DNA of 43,773 nt from Leptolyngbyaceae cyanobacterium (GCA_050331235.1 JBHJHA010000081.1:1-43773), one strand, 5' to 3'. Shown: positions 10,189-21,511, counted from the stretch's first letter. The notes: generated by a model from the sequence alone, not told the origin. Numbers and translations: made by a program.

Positions 10189-10412
10189 GTGTCTTTCTGT
10201 AGAGGACGATGCAGAATTCTACAATCTTCTGCTGTGGGGCAGACACAGAAAAAGCATCGGAGTATGATTTGGATGAGACAGTCTAAAAAGTGTCTGCCGA
10301 TTCTAACTTTATCAATAATTAAAAGGTAGTTTGCAGTCAACCCTAACCTTTTTATGGAATTGTGTAGCTTGGTTGCCGCTTGTCTCTCAGCCGAATTGGG
10401 TTATCTGCCACT

Positions 10413-11663
10413 ATGAGCCCCATGGATTCCTACGAGTCTTGGTCAAACCATCGTTCAGCCTCTGCGGCTGAATTGGAAAATCGCCTGTATGCCTATCTGC
10501 AGCGTTGTCGTCAGCGAGAAGATGCTGAGCAAGTCTTAGCTAGATTTCACGATCTATTTATTCAGGCAGAAGAGTTTGATGACTCTGACGTTTGGTCAAC
10601 CCTAGTCGAGTTGGCGCACCGTCCCCATGCTGAGCGAGAGTTTAAGTATACGCTCAACCGTTGTAGCTACACATTGGTCAACCCTTGGTCAACGGAAGCG
10701 AAGAATCATTGGGCCGTGCCGGCTTTAGTCCAACTGTTTGAAGACATTCCGACCGCACCTTCTTCTGCTTCTGAAACCTATACGATTCGCCGCTTGAGCC
10801 GTTTATTTGCGCAGACTGAGCAGTATGCAGCGCTGCGACGGTTTGCCAATCTCATTGATGATCAGGCAGTGACGGTAACGCCTGTGGGTGAGCAGCCTGT
10901 TGGTAAACAGCTTAAGCGCTATCCGTTTTTATATGACAGCAGCTTGCTGACTAAGGATAGCGATCAGCATCAGAAAAGTCAGGTGCTTAAGCTACGTCAA
11001 GAGGCAGAAGCCAAGCTGGGTGTACAGCTGGCGCGGTATTGCGATCAGCAAACGCGAGGGGCAACAACGGTTTCGAATCCTACGCGGTTGTCGACAAACG
11101 AGCTGTCAAGCGCATTGAAGTACTATACAGGGAAGGTCGAGGGAAACCGTAGCCATCGTGATTTGGCGCAAATGTTCTCGACTTACAGTAAAACTGTGCG
11201 CTCTTTTCGGGATTTCAAAGAAGAGCTCCTGGAATATTTGTTGTCGCCTTTGGCTGATGCCGATCCACGTTATGTCAATAATCAATTTCGGCGATCGCTG
11301 CAGCAGTATTTACGAGATACCCTGACTGACTTTGACGATCAGCGTTTGACTGAGTTTGTCGTGATTACAACCTGTCAGAGACTGCTGAACTTTTTGGTAG
11401 TCCAAGGTCGTCAGCAACCGGTCTTTCGTCGGTTTTGGCAATTGCTCAATGATGCTGGGCACACATTGGCAGTGGGACTCTTGCTGCGGATTGTGCTCTT
11501 TTGCTCAGCGGTCAAGCCCTGGCTAGAAAACCGACTAACTGTGCTCTTTAACTACCATGAACGTTACACCTGCAAAGATGTACCTTGGTTGGTTAACACT
11601 CTAGAACACATGAATATTGCCCTATTGGCGAACTTTGGTAAGTTTGGCTATTCATTTTCTTAA
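10413..11663 (+). CDS. Conserved cyanobacterial hypothetical protein (predicted helical)
   Basis: Long ORF; blocks such as EFKYTLNRC, NPT.L, LLNFLVV, GLLL.IVL.C..VKP.LE and F..HE..V.WLV resemble an uncharacterised cyanobacterial family. Confidence 0.75.
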   Translation: MSPMDSYESWSNHRSASAAELENRLYAYLQRCRQREDAEQVLARFHDLFIQAEEFDDSDVWSTLVELAHRPHAEREFKYTLNRCSYTLVNPWSTEAKNHWAVPALVQLFEDIPTAPSSASETYTIRRLSRLFAQTEQYAALRRFANLIDDQAVTVTPVGEQPVGKQLKRYPFLYDSSLLTKDSDQHQKSQVLKLRQEAEAKLGVQLARYCDQQTRGATTVSNPTRLSTNELSSALKYYTGKVEGNRSHRDLAQMFSTYSKTVRSFRDFKEELLEYLLSPLADADPRYVNNQFRRSLQQYLRDTLTDFDDQRLTEFVVITTCQRLLNFLVVQGRQQPVFRRFWQLLNDAGHTLAVGLLLRIVLFCSAVKPWLENRLTVLFNYHERYTCKDVPWLVNTLEHMNIALLANFGKFGYSFS

Positions 11664-11670
11664 GTCATTA

Positions 11671-13221
11671 GTGCTGAAAGACAAATTGCGATCGCCTTGG
11701 TTTTGGTTGATCGCAATTTTTTTATTGGTGGGTATTAGCTTCCGCTGGCTGAATTTAGGCAGCAAGATATTTTGGTACGACGAAGTCTTTACGGCCCTGA
11801 GAGTAACTGGACATATCGGCGCTGAAGTCCGCGAGCAGGTTTTCACGGGGGAGCCGATTGCCGCCGCAACCCTTTTGCAATACCAAACCTTTTCGCCTGA
11901 CAGTACCCTGGGTGATACGTTGCGATCGCTGGCTGATCATCCCGAACATCCGCCATTGTTCTACCTGCTGTGCTGGGGGTGGGTCAAAATATTTGGTTCC
12001 TCAATGGCAGCCTTTCGTGGGGTATCAGCCCTGGCAAGCACGTTGACCTTTTTGGCGCTACCGTGGTTGGCCTGGGAACTGTTTCTGTCAGTTGAAGCGA
12101 TCGTCATTGCACCGGTGTTGTTCGCGTTTTCTCCGGTCCATTTACTATATGCCCAAGAAGCCCGGCAGTATGCTTTGTGGACTTTGCTAATTGTGCTGGC
12201 GACCGCTGCTATGAAACGGGCGGTTAGGCAAAAGCGTTGGTCTGTGTGGCTGATTTACGCAGTGTTTTTGGGGCTCATGTTCAATACCTCGGTGCTGTCT
12301 TTGTTTGTTGTGATGGCCCATGGTGTATATGCTTTACTGATCAACCGACGACAGTGGCGGACGATGGCAGTGGCAGTGGGATTGGCAGGGATGATGTTTG
12401 TGCCTTGGCTAGGGGTGATGTGGATTAACAGTCAGCGCTGGCAATCAGCAACATCTTGGACAACACAGGTCGTTTATCCCATCGATGCGTTGATTAAACT
12501 GTGGGGGTTGCACTTCAGTTCGGTCTTTTTCGATCCCAATCTGCCATTGGATCACCCCTACTCTTGGGGAGTTCCACCATTAATCCTGGTCTTACTCATC
12601 GGTCTTTCTTGGGGCATCTGGCAGTCCTTTGCCCGGGACTCAAGCCTCCTCTTGTTAGCCCTGATATGGGTGCCAACCGCTTGCCTTATCGGGGGCGACT
12701 GGATTCGCGATAGCGTGCTGTCAAAAAACACCCGCTATTTCATGCCGGCATTGATCGGGTTTTTGGTCGCGGTGGCGGGTTGGTTGTCGAGGCAGTATCA
12801 ACAGCGTCGACAATGGGCAATTGTAGGGGTGGCGACAGTAGTGGGACTTGGGCTGGCTAGCTCAATCGCGATTGTGCAAGCACCGACTTGGTGGAATAAA
12901 AGTTTGGGATACTACAACCGTGAGATCGCGGCAGCGATTAGCCGTTTTGAGCAGCCAGTGATACTGATCCAGGCCCACGGCACGACCTTAGGAGATGCAA
13001 TTTCTCTGAGCTACTATCTACCGCCACAAACCCCTTTTGTACTGACGGTCGAGCCAGAGATTCCACAGGTGCCTAACGTGGCTAAGACAGTATTGCTGTT
13101 TCAACCGACCGAGGCTGTGTTCAACAGTTTTGCTTGTATGCCAGAAGCCATCCCGGTTCCGGCTGGATTATTTCAAGTCCCGTGTGTTTCTAGCGATCGC
13201 CGTGGACAAAACGACCCCTAA
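11671..13221 (+). CDS. GT39/ArnT-like membrane glycosyltransferase (PMT_2)
   Basis: FWYDE, EHPPLFY, SP.H..YAQEARQY motifs, more than 10 TM helices; GTG 11671 avoids overlap with the upstream gene. Confidence 0.88.
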   Translation: MLKDKLRSPWFWLIAIFLLVGISFRWLNLGSKIFWYDEVFTALRVTGHIGAEVREQVFTGEPIAAATLLQYQTFSPDSTLGDTLRSLADHPEHPPLFYLLCWGWVKIFGSSMAAFRGVSALASTLTFLALPWLAWELFLSVEAIVIAPVLFAFSPVHLLYAQEARQYALWTLLIVLATAAMKRAVRQKRWSVWLIYAVFLGLMFNTSVLSLFVVMAHGVYALLINRRQWRTMAVAVGLAGMMFVPWLGVMWINSQRWQSATSWTTQVVYPIDALIKLWGLHFSSVFFDPNLPLDHPYSWGVPPLILVLLIGLSWGIWQSFARDSSLLLLALIWVPTACLIGGDWIRDSVLSKNTRYFMPALIGFLVAVAGWLSRQYQQRRQWAIVGVATVVGLGLASSIAIVQAPTWWNKSLGYYNREIAAAISRFEQPVILIQAHGTTLGDAISLSYYLPPQTPFVLTVEPEIPQVPNVAKTVLLFQPTEAVFNSFACMPEAIPVPAGLFQVPCVSSDRRGQNDP

Positions 13222-13757
13222 GGACAACACGAGTCTTGTGAACCACTAAGTAGCGATGTAAAGAATTTTGGGCTGAGCGGCAGCAGGAGGGGCCAGATTT
13301 AGAATGGGTATCGTGCTGATGAGGTAAAGTATTGCCACCCGCTGGTTCCCTAGTGCTGACGAGAGAGGGTGGCAACGACCTTATGACGCTGCGTCAGCGG
13401 AGGTGTTTAAGCCTTTGTCTGTTTAAGAGATTCGGCGCTAGGGGCCTAATCGTAGTTGGAAAATAATGTAGGGCGGCGCTTCAAGCCAATCCGTTGCAGG
13501 TTGTCGGGGGAAGCGATTATCGATGTAAGTTTCTGGGTTGGGAGTGCCTTCACCAGCCGGCATACCACTGAGGCTCTTTGCCTGCGACAGAAGAGAGATT
13601 CATAAACTGGACCCACTCTTCCCCAGATTTCATCATTTGTGAACTCTAGAGAACAATCAAAATTTGTCAGAACTTTGACAGAATGCCGATGATTGTGATG
13701 ACATTGACAGACTCATCAATCGCCCGGCAACTTTGCTAAGAACAAGTCACTCAGGCA

Positions 13758-14672
13758 TCAATTGGACTCAGCTGGAGGTGGGGAATCGCTTGGACGTTTC
13801 ATATATCTGAAACTAAGCCAACTGCAGAGCAACAAAATGCCGATATAGGGGCTAAATGCCAATCCCCACAAAGCAATTTGTAAAAGCCCGATGCTAAGAG
13901 ACTGCATTGATGAACTAGCGGCCTGCCAAGTCTGCCCGAGAGTATCTCTGATAGGGGAAGCTTCCGTTGCGATCGCCCCTGATTCCATCAATGTTAGAGC
14001 AATAGTTGAGTAAGTGACCTGAGTTTGCAGTTTTTTGAGCTGGGCCTCATGGCGCTCGATTGCTTCTCTAACAGTGCTCAACTCGCGACGACTCACCTCA
14101 AGCACATCGGGGATCGAACCTGAGCGCTCCATAATGCCTAACAGCGACTCTTCTGATTTGCGTAAGTTGCGGACTCGAGCCTGCAGGTCCACCAGTTGTG
14201 TTGATACATCCTCCGCAACAACCGATTGGTGTTCCACCTGACCGAGGGCTTTCAGCGATTTGAGAACGACATTAAGATTTGCTTGAGGGACTCGCAGTTG
14301 TAGATCAACTGTTCGAGGATCATCAGCTCGGGCATCTGTGTCTGATAGTTGTAGAAGCTCGCCCTGATGCTGAGCTAAGATGCCGGAAATTGTTTCTAGC
14401 GTGCTTTCTACATCGTCGATTTCAAGGGTAAGTGTTGCCCGCTTGATAAGCTGTGTTGATGGTTGAGCGTTGGCTATGGAGGGGACAGCGCTGCTATCGC
14501 GTTCGGCTGACTCAGTCAGTAATACTTCCCCTGAAGCTGCCATATCGGTTTCTGATAGTGCCGCTTCACTGTTGGTGCCGGCTGGAGAGCCGCTACAGCC
14601 CAATAAAACGGTCAGGGTCAGAGTGCCTAAAATTCGAGATGCATGACCAACCATCCTAGCGCTTGAATGCAT
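13758..14672 (-). CDS. DUF4349 domain lipoprotein
   Basis: Lipobox LLGC, LIK.A.L.LE, LRVP, EDV....VDL.AR..NL coiled coil, C-terminal TM helix. Confidence 0.85.
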   Translation of the reverse strand: MHSSARMVGHASRILGTLTLTVLLGCSGSPAGTNSEAALSETDMAASGEVLLTESAERDSSAVPSIANAQPSTQLIKRATLTLEIDDVESTLETISGILAQHQGELLQLSDTDARADDPRTVDLQLRVPQANLNVVLKSLKALGQVEHQSVVAEDVSTQLVDLQARVRNLRKSEESLLGIMERSGSIPDVLEVSRRELSTVREAIERHEAQLKKLQTQVTYSTIALTLMESGAIATEASPIRDTLGQTWQAASSSMQSLSIGLLQIALWGLAFSPYIGILLLCSWLSFRYMKRPSDSPPPAESN

Positions 14673-14768
14673 AATGCCCACCTTCCAATCAACTGTGTTT
14701 ACAGTATGAAAAGTGGGCATTCGATTGAAACGGCAGTTTCAAGAACTGAAACCAGTCGTAAGAGTAAG

Positions 14769-14969
14769 CTAGTAAGCGAGTGTTTCTAAGGTTTCACGCA
14801 GATAGGTACGGACCCGCTGGTCGAGGGGTAGCCGTACCATATCAGACTGGCATTGCTGCTGCTGCCAGCCCTGAAAACCTGAACTGTTAGCGATCGCTTC
14901 CCTGAGATTAGCCCAAATTTCGCCGTCTTCAGAGGCTTGGCGCATCGATACCGAAGAAAAACTGGCCAT
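14769..14969 (-). CDS. Small conserved cyanobacterial hypothetical protein
   Basis: W..L..AIA.SSGF..W and YLRETLETLAY C-terminus typical of a small cyanobacterial family. Confidence 0.75.
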   Translation of the reverse strand: MASFSSVSMRQASEDGEIWANLREAIANSSGFQGWQQQQCQSDMVRLPLDQRVRTYLRETLETLAY

Positions 14970-15172
14970 ACGCGCTTCCATTAAGTGAGAGAACAAACGG
15001 TCTTAACTTAAACCTAGGTGATTCAGCAATATAAACTGATTTACCTTAGTCCTAGGTTAACCCAAGAGCCGAGATGACTGCTGTGCGAATAACCACACTT
15101 TCCCCTCCTTTCTCAGTCAGACCAAAACATTGGTGGTTTTCAGTGGATGCTGATGACGGTTGCAGCAACTGC

Positions 15173-16408
15173 CTAATCGGCAGGATTAGTGGAATAGGAA
15201 ACATCGGGATCGTCATCTTGGGTGATCTTGATATCGTTTAAGGAGTTGACAGAGTCTAATTGAGCTGCGATCGAGCCCGTCTCTGACGCCTCGGTTACCG
15301 CCGCGGCGTGAGCATCTGCCACCGGCTCGGCATCAATCGTACCAGGGGCATTTACTGGATTCGACGTGGGAATAGGTTCAGAGGCAGATATGGGGGAGTT
15401 GGGTTGCGATAGCAACTCTTGATCATTGCCGGACTCATCTTCGCCTGAGATATGAGGTTGCGAGATTTCCTTTGGTTTCTGGGCGGTCTGTTCTAGTTCA
15501 GTAGTAGGCAGATTACCTGAGAGAGATGACTCTGTATCTAAAGGTGACTCCGTAACTTCTTCGCCATCCTGGGCATTGGTGACTTCTGCTCCAGGGGAAA
15601 TGTCTGAGCTAGCGGAGGGGTAGGCGGAGGATTCGACATCGCCATCTGCCGCGGTATCGTGATCCAATCCTTCCATAGCAGCCGGGGAAGTGGCTGCCAT
15701 CAATGGCTCCTTGCCGGCGTTGTCCAAGGCTCCATCAATGGATGAAGTATCCGCTGCCGGTGGAGCATCGTTTGAGGCTCCAGATGTGAGAGTGTCCGAG
15801 GCTGTTGGCTGAAAATATTGGACAAACTCAGGCAAAATACGGCCGATACGCAAACCAACAATCGTAAAGTGGGTCAGAATATCCGATGCTGATAGCGGCT
15901 CCACCTTAGTGAGACGCTGCGGTGAAACTAGCAGCAGCGGAATCACAGTGGCCGGGACGAGAGTAAAAAGATTGGCGAGAAGAAATGCCATTGAGCAAAT
16001 GGCTAATAGGACGAATGGCGATTTGCCTACCAAAAAAGGCACCTCAGCAACGATGGGTGACAATCGATAGAGCCAATACAAAGTCATTAACAGGGCGATC
16101 GCGGCAATCACAACCAGCCCACGACTAATCCATCCTCTTTGGAGACGCAATAGGCGACGCCGTTCGTCTGGTAGCTTGTCTGGGCGCAAGGCTAACCCCG
16201 GCACGCTAAAGATATAAAACGGACGCTGAAGCTGCATCCAAGTGATCGGCACCGTGCCTACCACCCCCACAACGATGAGTTCTAGCCAAGGTGACAAAAT
16301 TGGCTCTCCCACCGCGAGCCCCCCTAGGCAAATATCTAACCAGAGCGGCACTGTAGCCAAACCGGTAAAGTGTATCCAAAGGTAGGGATCGCGGCGGTGA
16401 GAGGTCAT
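15173..16408 (-). CDS. Low-complexity-tail membrane protein
   Basis: DPYLWIH..GLA.VP.W, MQ..RPFYIFS, 4 TM helices, then about 210 aa acidic S/D/E/A/P tail; starts 8 bp after the infB stop. Confidence 0.8.
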   Translation of the reverse strand: MTSHRRDPYLWIHFTGLATVPLWLDICLGGLAVGEPILSPWLELIVVGVVGTVPITWMQLQRPFYIFSVPGLALRPDKLPDERRRLLRLQRGWISRGLVVIAAIALLMTLYWLYRLSPIVAEVPFLVGKSPFVLLAICSMAFLLANLFTLVPATVIPLLLVSPQRLTKVEPLSASDILTHFTIVGLRIGRILPEFVQYFQPTASDTLTSGASNDAPPAADTSSIDGALDNAGKEPLMAATSPAAMEGLDHDTAADGDVESSAYPSASSDISPGAEVTNAQDGEEVTESPLDTESSLSGNLPTTELEQTAQKPKEISQPHISGEDESGNDQELLSQPNSPISASEPIPTSNPVNAPGTIDAEPVADAHAAAVTEASETGSIAAQLDSVNSLNDIKITQDDDPDVSYSTNPAD

Positions 16409-16416
16409 AAATTGGC

Positions 16417-19374
16417 TTACGCAGGCATCAGCTTGCGGCGTTGGGTCACTAGCTTGAAGGCATTAATACGATCGCCCTCTTGCCAGCCATTGAAGTTGTC
16501 TACACCGATACCACATTCAAAGCCTGCAGCTACTTCTTTGACATCGTCCTTCATACGCTTCAGAGAGTCGAGGTTGCCTTCGTAGACGACATTTCCTCCC
16601 CGCTGTACCCGGATATGGCAGTTTCGAGTGACCTTGCCAGAAGTCACGTAGCAACCGGCTACCGTACCCTTGCGGACTGAGAAGACCGCACGGACTTCAA
16701 CTTCGCCCAGCTCCTCTTCAACAAGTTCGGGCTCTAAGAGACCTTCCATAGCGCCCTGAATGTCGTCGAGCAGGTTGTAAATGATGTCGTAATCTCGTAC
16801 GTCCACCCCTTGACGGTCAGCGGCTTGGCGAGCCCCCGAAGCCAGCGTAGTGTTAAATCCGATCAAGACCGCGCCACTGGCTGCTGCCAGATCTACATCA
16901 GTTTCACTAATCTCACCGGGTGCACCGAGCAATACCCGGATCTGGACCTCGTTTTGGGGCATCTGTTGTAAAGCTGCCAAAATCGCCTCGACCGAACCCT
17001 GAACATCAGCTTTAAGAATGATGTTGAGCTCCTTTAAATCGCCTTCTTGGGCTTGTGCCGATAGGCTGCTGAGAGTGACTCGGCGAGAGGCCATCGCCTG
17101 TTGCAGGCGTGACCGACGCTGATCATCAGATCGAGAATCTGCCACGCTCCGAGCCTCACGCTCATCGGCAAAGACTTCAAACTCATCTCCAGCCGCTGGA
17201 ACATCGTTAAGACCCAAAACCTCAACCGCAAAGGAAGGCGTCGCTTCCTTCACGCGATCGCCGCGATCGTCGATCATTGCTCTGACTTTACCAAAGACAG
17301 AACCCGCGACGACGCTGTCGCCCACTCTGAGGGTGCCATTCTGTACCAGCAGAGACGCCACTGGACCTCGGGCTTTATCCAAATTCGCCTCAATAATGGT
17401 TCCTTTAGCCAGACTGTCTGGGTTCGCGTGCAGATCTTCAACTTCAGACACCAGCAAGATCATCTCTAAAAGCGTGTCCAGGTTTTCGCCATTGATGGCG
17501 CTAACCGGCACTACGATGGTTTCTCCACCCCATTCCTCAGGCACGAGCCCGTGCTCCATGAGTTCCTGCTTGACACGATCTGGCTGGGCTGATTCTTTGT
17601 CGATCTTGTTTACAGCCACCACGATGGGGACCTCTGCCGCTTTAGCGTGGCTGATTGCCTCAATAGTTTGAGGGCGAACACCATCGTCGGCAGCCACCAC
17701 TAAGATGGCAATGTCCGTAACCCGAGTCCCTCGAGCCCTCATGGCTGTAAAGGCTTCGTGACCGGGGGTGTCGAGGAAAACAATCTGCTGATTGTTGCCC
17801 TCATGCTCAACATCAACGTGGTAAGCACCAATGTGCTGGGTAATGCCGCCGGCCTCGCCCTGGGCAACTTTGGTTTGGCGAATGGAGTCTAGCAGCGTCG
17901 TTTTACCGTGGTCGACGTGACCCATGATGGTCACAACCGGTGGCCGCTTGGAGAGATTTTCTAAGTCTTCGACGGTCAACATTTCTGTGACCTTTTTCGC
18001 CTCTGACTCCTCTTCCGCCGTTTCAACTAAGATCTCAAACTCTTCAGCCACCATTTTTGCTGTTTCAACATCCAAGGTTTGGTTGATGTTGGTGGCAATG
18101 CCCTTGAAAAAGAGCAGTTTGATGATTTCTGTTTCGGGCACCATGATTAGGTTGGCCAGCTCATGAACTGAAAGTCCGCCTTTTAGCGTAATCATTTCAG
18201 GCCGCTCGGGCTCATTATCTTGGTTGCGGCGATCGCGGCGTTGATTGCGACTTCCACTATCCCGCTGTTGTGTGGGCTTGTGAGACTTGGGTGTGCTCGG
18301 TTTGGGACTCGATTTTGATTTGGGTTTGGGGGGGCGGGCGAGCGACATACTCAGCGCTGCAGAAGCGCCGTTATCGCTATTATCACCAGTCACCTCATCC
18401 AAATCAGCAAGAATATCTTCTTCCTGATGCTTCAACAGCTCATTGCCGCGACGCTTTGCCTTTTTGGTCGTTTTTTGCTGCTCTTGCTCTTCTTCCTCCC
18501 GCTCTTTGGGCTTGCGCTTCTGGCGAGGAGGAGAGGGCCGACGTAAAATCGGCTCTTCTGACACGCTATCAGAAACATCAGACGACTCATCGTCTGACGC
18601 GTCTGTAGTGCCAGCATCCTCCTTGAGGGCATCGGCCCGTTTTGGACGAGGACGACGCAGCTCTGGCTTCGGCTTTAGCGTTGGTGACGTGTCTTCGTCG
18701 TCTTCGATTTCGCGAATTTCAATTCGCTTGGGACTGCCATCGCTCTCTTGATCAGCTGAGCGATCGCGCTTTTTCAGCACAGGACGACCAGGTTTGGCTG
18801 GCTTCGCAGGACGACTCGGCGGGACTGCAAGCTCAACCTCAGGTTTATCAGGGAGAGTTGGCTTGGGGGCCGTAGCCGCAACGGGCTCATCTCTGGCCGG
18901 TGGTGTGGGGGCAGCTACAGGTCGCTCAGGAGTTGCCGTACCAGGTCGCTTAAGCTTGGGTTTGGGTAGTGAAGAGTTGGAAGCACTGGGACGTTTGGGC
19001 GACGCTGCCAAACTTTCCGTCTCATCGGGATCGCTGTCAACCTTAGCTGCTGGAGGGGTTGGTGCAACTGGCTTAGGTCGGTGACGGCGAATCTCTAAAA
19101 TTTGCTGCTTCTTAGGACGATCTGCTCCTTTGGCCTCTTGAGGACTCGTATTGGGCTTACGAGGACGGGGGGGGGTTGGTTTTGTTGGCTTACTTAATAA
19201 CTTGCCCGATGTTTCCTTGACCTCATTGCGAATACGTTGGGCATCTTCCCCCGTAATCGTACTGCTGTGACTTTTGGCCGCAATGTCCAATCGTTCACAG
19301 ATGGTCAGAATATCCTTATTTTCTAAACCGAGATCTTTCGACAATTCGTATATTCTGACTTTTCCGTTGTTCAT
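16417..19374 (-). CDS. infB: Translation initiation factor IF-2
   Basis: KVRIYEL N-domain, [55 protein letters not shown]. Confidence 0.99.
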   Translation of the reverse strand: MNNGKVRIYELSKDLGLENKDILTICERLDIAAKSHSSTITGEDAQRIRNEVKETSGKLLSKPTKPTPPRPRKPNTSPQEAKGADRPKKQQILEIRRHRPKPVAPTPPAAKVDSDPDETESLAASPKRPSASNSSLPKPKLKRPGTATPERPVAAPTPPARDEPVAATAPKPTLPDKPEVELAVPPSRPAKPAKPGRPVLKKRDRSADQESDGSPKRIEIREIEDDEDTSPTLKPKPELRRPRPKRADALKEDAGTTDASDDESSDVSDSVSEEPILRRPSPPRQKRKPKEREEEEQEQQKTTKKAKRRGNELLKHQEEDILADLDEVTGDNSDNGASAALSMSLARPPKPKSKSSPKPSTPKSHKPTQQRDSGSRNQRRDRRNQDNEPERPEMITLKGGLSVHELANLIMVPETEIIKLLFFKGIATNINQTLDVETAKMVAEEFEILVETAEEESEAKKVTEMLTVEDLENLSKRPPVVTIMGHVDHGKTTLLDSIRQTKVAQGEAGGITQHIGAYHVDVEHEGNNQQIVFLDTPGHEAFTAMRARGTRVTDIAILVVAADDGVRPQTIEAISHAKAAEVPIVVAVNKIDKESAQPDRVKQELMEHGLVPEEWGGETIVVPVSAINGENLDTLLEMILLVSEVEDLHANPDSLAKGTIIEANLDKARGPVASLLVQNGTLRVGDSVVAGSVFGKVRAMIDDRGDRVKEATPSFAVEVLGLNDVPAAGDEFEVFADEREARSVADSRSDDQRRSRLQQAMASRRVTLSSLSAQAQEGDLKELNIILKADVQGSVEAILAALQQMPQNEVQIRVLLGAPGEISETDVDLAAASGAVLIGFNTTLASGARQAADRQGVDVRDYDIIYNLLDDIQGAMEGLLEPELVEEELGEVEVRAVFSVRKGTVAGCYVTSGKVTRNCHIRVQRGGNVVYEGNLDSLKRMKDDVKEVAAGFECGIGVDNFNGWQEGDRINAFKLVTQRRKLMPA

Positions 19375-19629
19375 CCAATTCTCCCTCGCCAATACCGTTA
19401 TTTCATAAACAAACCTGCTTTGTTAGACAAAACGTACATTTCACTTGATGCGGTAACTCACCACAAAATTTAACTCAAGCTATCAAAACCAGGCTTTCAC
19501 TGCCTCAAGCGGTGATCCGATGGGGACCGCCATCTGAGACTGCTTGTGCTCTTTGGAGCACTATCTTATCAAACCTTCACTGTATCGTAGTTGGCCAGGT
19601 ATCCCTTGTCGCCATGGATTTTCTTAATC

Positions 19630-19914
19630 TTAAGATGGCGATGTTGTATGCGGGTTTGTGGCGCCTGCGCCCTGCAGCCTTTGCCATAACTGCCGGTAGA
19701 TAGAATCCGGAACAAACACCCTGAGCGCTTTGCCAAGACGATTTTTGCGCTGTGCGGCTTTGAGACATTCAGCCTTGGGACACACGTAGGCCGAGCGACC
19801 CATTCCCTCATCTAAAAGCACAGTACCGCTCGAATGCTGTCTGACAATGCGCCAAAGCTGCTCGCGATGAGCAATGTTTCTACAGCCGACGCAACAACGA
19901 TGGTTAGGTTCCAT
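19630..19914 (-). CDS. ylxR: YlxR (DUF448) RNA-binding protein
   Basis: R.CVGCR and GRSAYVC motifs; canonical position between nusA and infB. Confidence 0.92.
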   Translation of the reverse strand: MEPNHRCCVGCRNIAHREQLWRIVRQHSSGTVLLDEGMGRSAYVCPKAECLKAAQRKNRLGKALRVFVPDSIYRQLWQRLQGAGATNPHTTSPS

Positions 19915-19934
19915 TAGTGAAATATCAGGAAAGC

Positions 19935-21425
19935 TTACTCCTCCTCTTGCAGGGTCATGTCGGTGGTTTCTGACGATGACGCTTCTTCGTGATCGGGATC
20001 CGAACTAAAGGTGTCAGAGGCAGTTGCCAAGACTTCGTCAGTGGTTTCTCCGCGATCGCTCGTGTTTCCCTCCTCTATGTTAGCGGGTATGGGGGCTGAT
20101 GACTCTGCTAACTCTGGGGTTGCAGTTGTCTCATCAAAGTCAACAGGTTCTAATTCTGCTTCATCCAACTCCGCTTCGTCGAGCATTTCCTCTTCAGCTT
20201 CGGCTAATTCAGCTAGACGAGCCTCTTCTTCTGCTTGTCGAATGGCAAGCAGCTCCGCGATTTTGCGGTCCTCTTCCGCATAGTCATACTTGGCGGTATC
20301 TTTGATATCGATTTTCCAGCCCGTTAATTTAGCCGCTAGACGAACATTTTGTCCTTCTTTGCCGATCGCTAAGCTGAGCTGATCTTCGGGTACTAGCACG
20401 TGTGCCTGTCGCTCTTCTGGATTCATGAGTCGAACTTCATCAACCCGCGCCGGGCTGAGGGCGTTGGCGATGTAGGTTGCCGGATCTAAGGAGTATCGAA
20501 TCACATCAATTTTTTCACCCCGGAGCTCGCTGACGACCGCTTGAATCCGCGACCCCCGAGCCCCAATGCAGGCCCCGACGGGATCGACATCGCGCTCCTC
20601 TGTATCGAACGCAATCTTAGTCCGTGGACCAACCGAGCGCGAAGGCGGATTGGCTTCACGGGCGACGGCGACAATCCGAACGATCTCGTCTTCAATTTCC
20701 GGCACTTCATTGGAAAACAGCTCCACCACTAGGGCGGCATCGGCCCGTGACACCAGAAGCTGGGGGCCACGATGGGAGCCTTCTGAAACCTTTTTGAGCA
20801 CCACCCGAAATTTGGAATTTGGGCGATAGTTGTCGTTCGGTAGCTGGTCACGCTTAAGCAGTTCGGCTTCAACTTCGGGTTGGCCAGTACCGCTGCTGAC
20901 CGTCATAATGACTGACTGACGCTCAAACCGCTGTACCGTCGAAGTAAGGACAGTCCCCTCCAAATCTTGGAACTCTTCTTGGATCAGTTTGCGCTGCTGA
21001 TCTCGCAGTTTTTGCGCGAGTACTTGTTTGGTCTGAATGGCAGCCATGCGACCGAAGTCTTTTTGTTCGGGGGTGACGTCTAGCACCACAACATCTCCCA
21101 CTTGAGCCTCGGGAGCAACTTCTAGGACTTCGGCTAGGGCAATTTGATGATCCGGGTTTTCAACTTCTTCAACAATTGTCTTGCTGGCCAAGACTCGAAA
21201 TCCTTGATCGTCTTCGTATTCCACGTCGAGCTCAACATCAAAGTTGTCAAAGTAGCCTTCTTCAAAGCTGATGTTATCCGCAATGCGTTGGGTCCGACGA
21301 AAGCGCTCGTAGCCTTTGAGCAAGGCCTCTCTGAGGGCGTTTTCAACGGCGTGTTTGGGTAGGTTGCGTTCTCGACTAATACTGTCAATCAGATCTTGCA
21401 GGTTGGGCAGGCTGACTAAGGACAT
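19935..21425 (-). CDS. nusA: Transcription factor NusA with acidic C-terminal tail
   Basis: FGRMAAIQTKQ, S1 and KH motifs (VGACIGARGSRI, LAIGKEGQNVRLAA); ATG 21425. Confidence 0.98.
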   Translation of the reverse strand: MSLVSLPNLQDLIDSISRERNLPKHAVENALREALLKGYERFRRTQRIADNISFEEGYFDNFDVELDVEYEDDQGFRVLASKTIVEEVENPDHQIALAEVLEVAPEAQVGDVVVLDVTPEQKDFGRMAAIQTKQVLAQKLRDQQRKLIQEEFQDLEGTVLTSTVQRFERQSVIMTVSSGTGQPEVEAELLKRDQLPNDNYRPNSKFRVVLKKVSEGSHRGPQLLVSRADAALVVELFSNEVPEIEDEIVRIVAVAREANPPSRSVGPRTKIAFDTEERDVDPVGACIGARGSRIQAVVSELRGEKIDVIRYSLDPATYIANALSPARVDEVRLMNPEERQAHVLVPEDQLSLAIGKEGQNVRLAAKLTGWKIDIKDTAKYDYAEEDRKIAELLAIRQAEEEARLAELAEAEEEMLDEAELDEAELEPVDFDETTATPELAESSAPIPANIEEGNTSDRGETTDEVLATASDTFSSDPDHEEASSSETTDMTLQEEE

Positions 21426-21511
21426 GGTTAAATTTGTAAACTCCCTTTTAGAATGGCGAACGCCCCAATGGCGTAAGAAAAAAGTGATTAAAAGCAACGA
21501 TGAAAATGGAT

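Noticed and set aside
13316..13380. CTGATGAG suggesting a hammerhead ribozyme core
   Set aside because: No stem II followed by GAAA and no matching stem I/III with a cleavage triplet could be built.
14080..14100. Apparent extra Arg (VSRREL) in the DUF4349 protein
   Set aside because: At most a 3-bp in-frame duplication, with no functional implication I can support.
18200..19200. Pro/Lys/Arg-rich repetitive stretch as a possible insertion
   Set aside because: This is the normal low-complexity N-terminal extension of cyanobacterial IF-2, in frame throughout.
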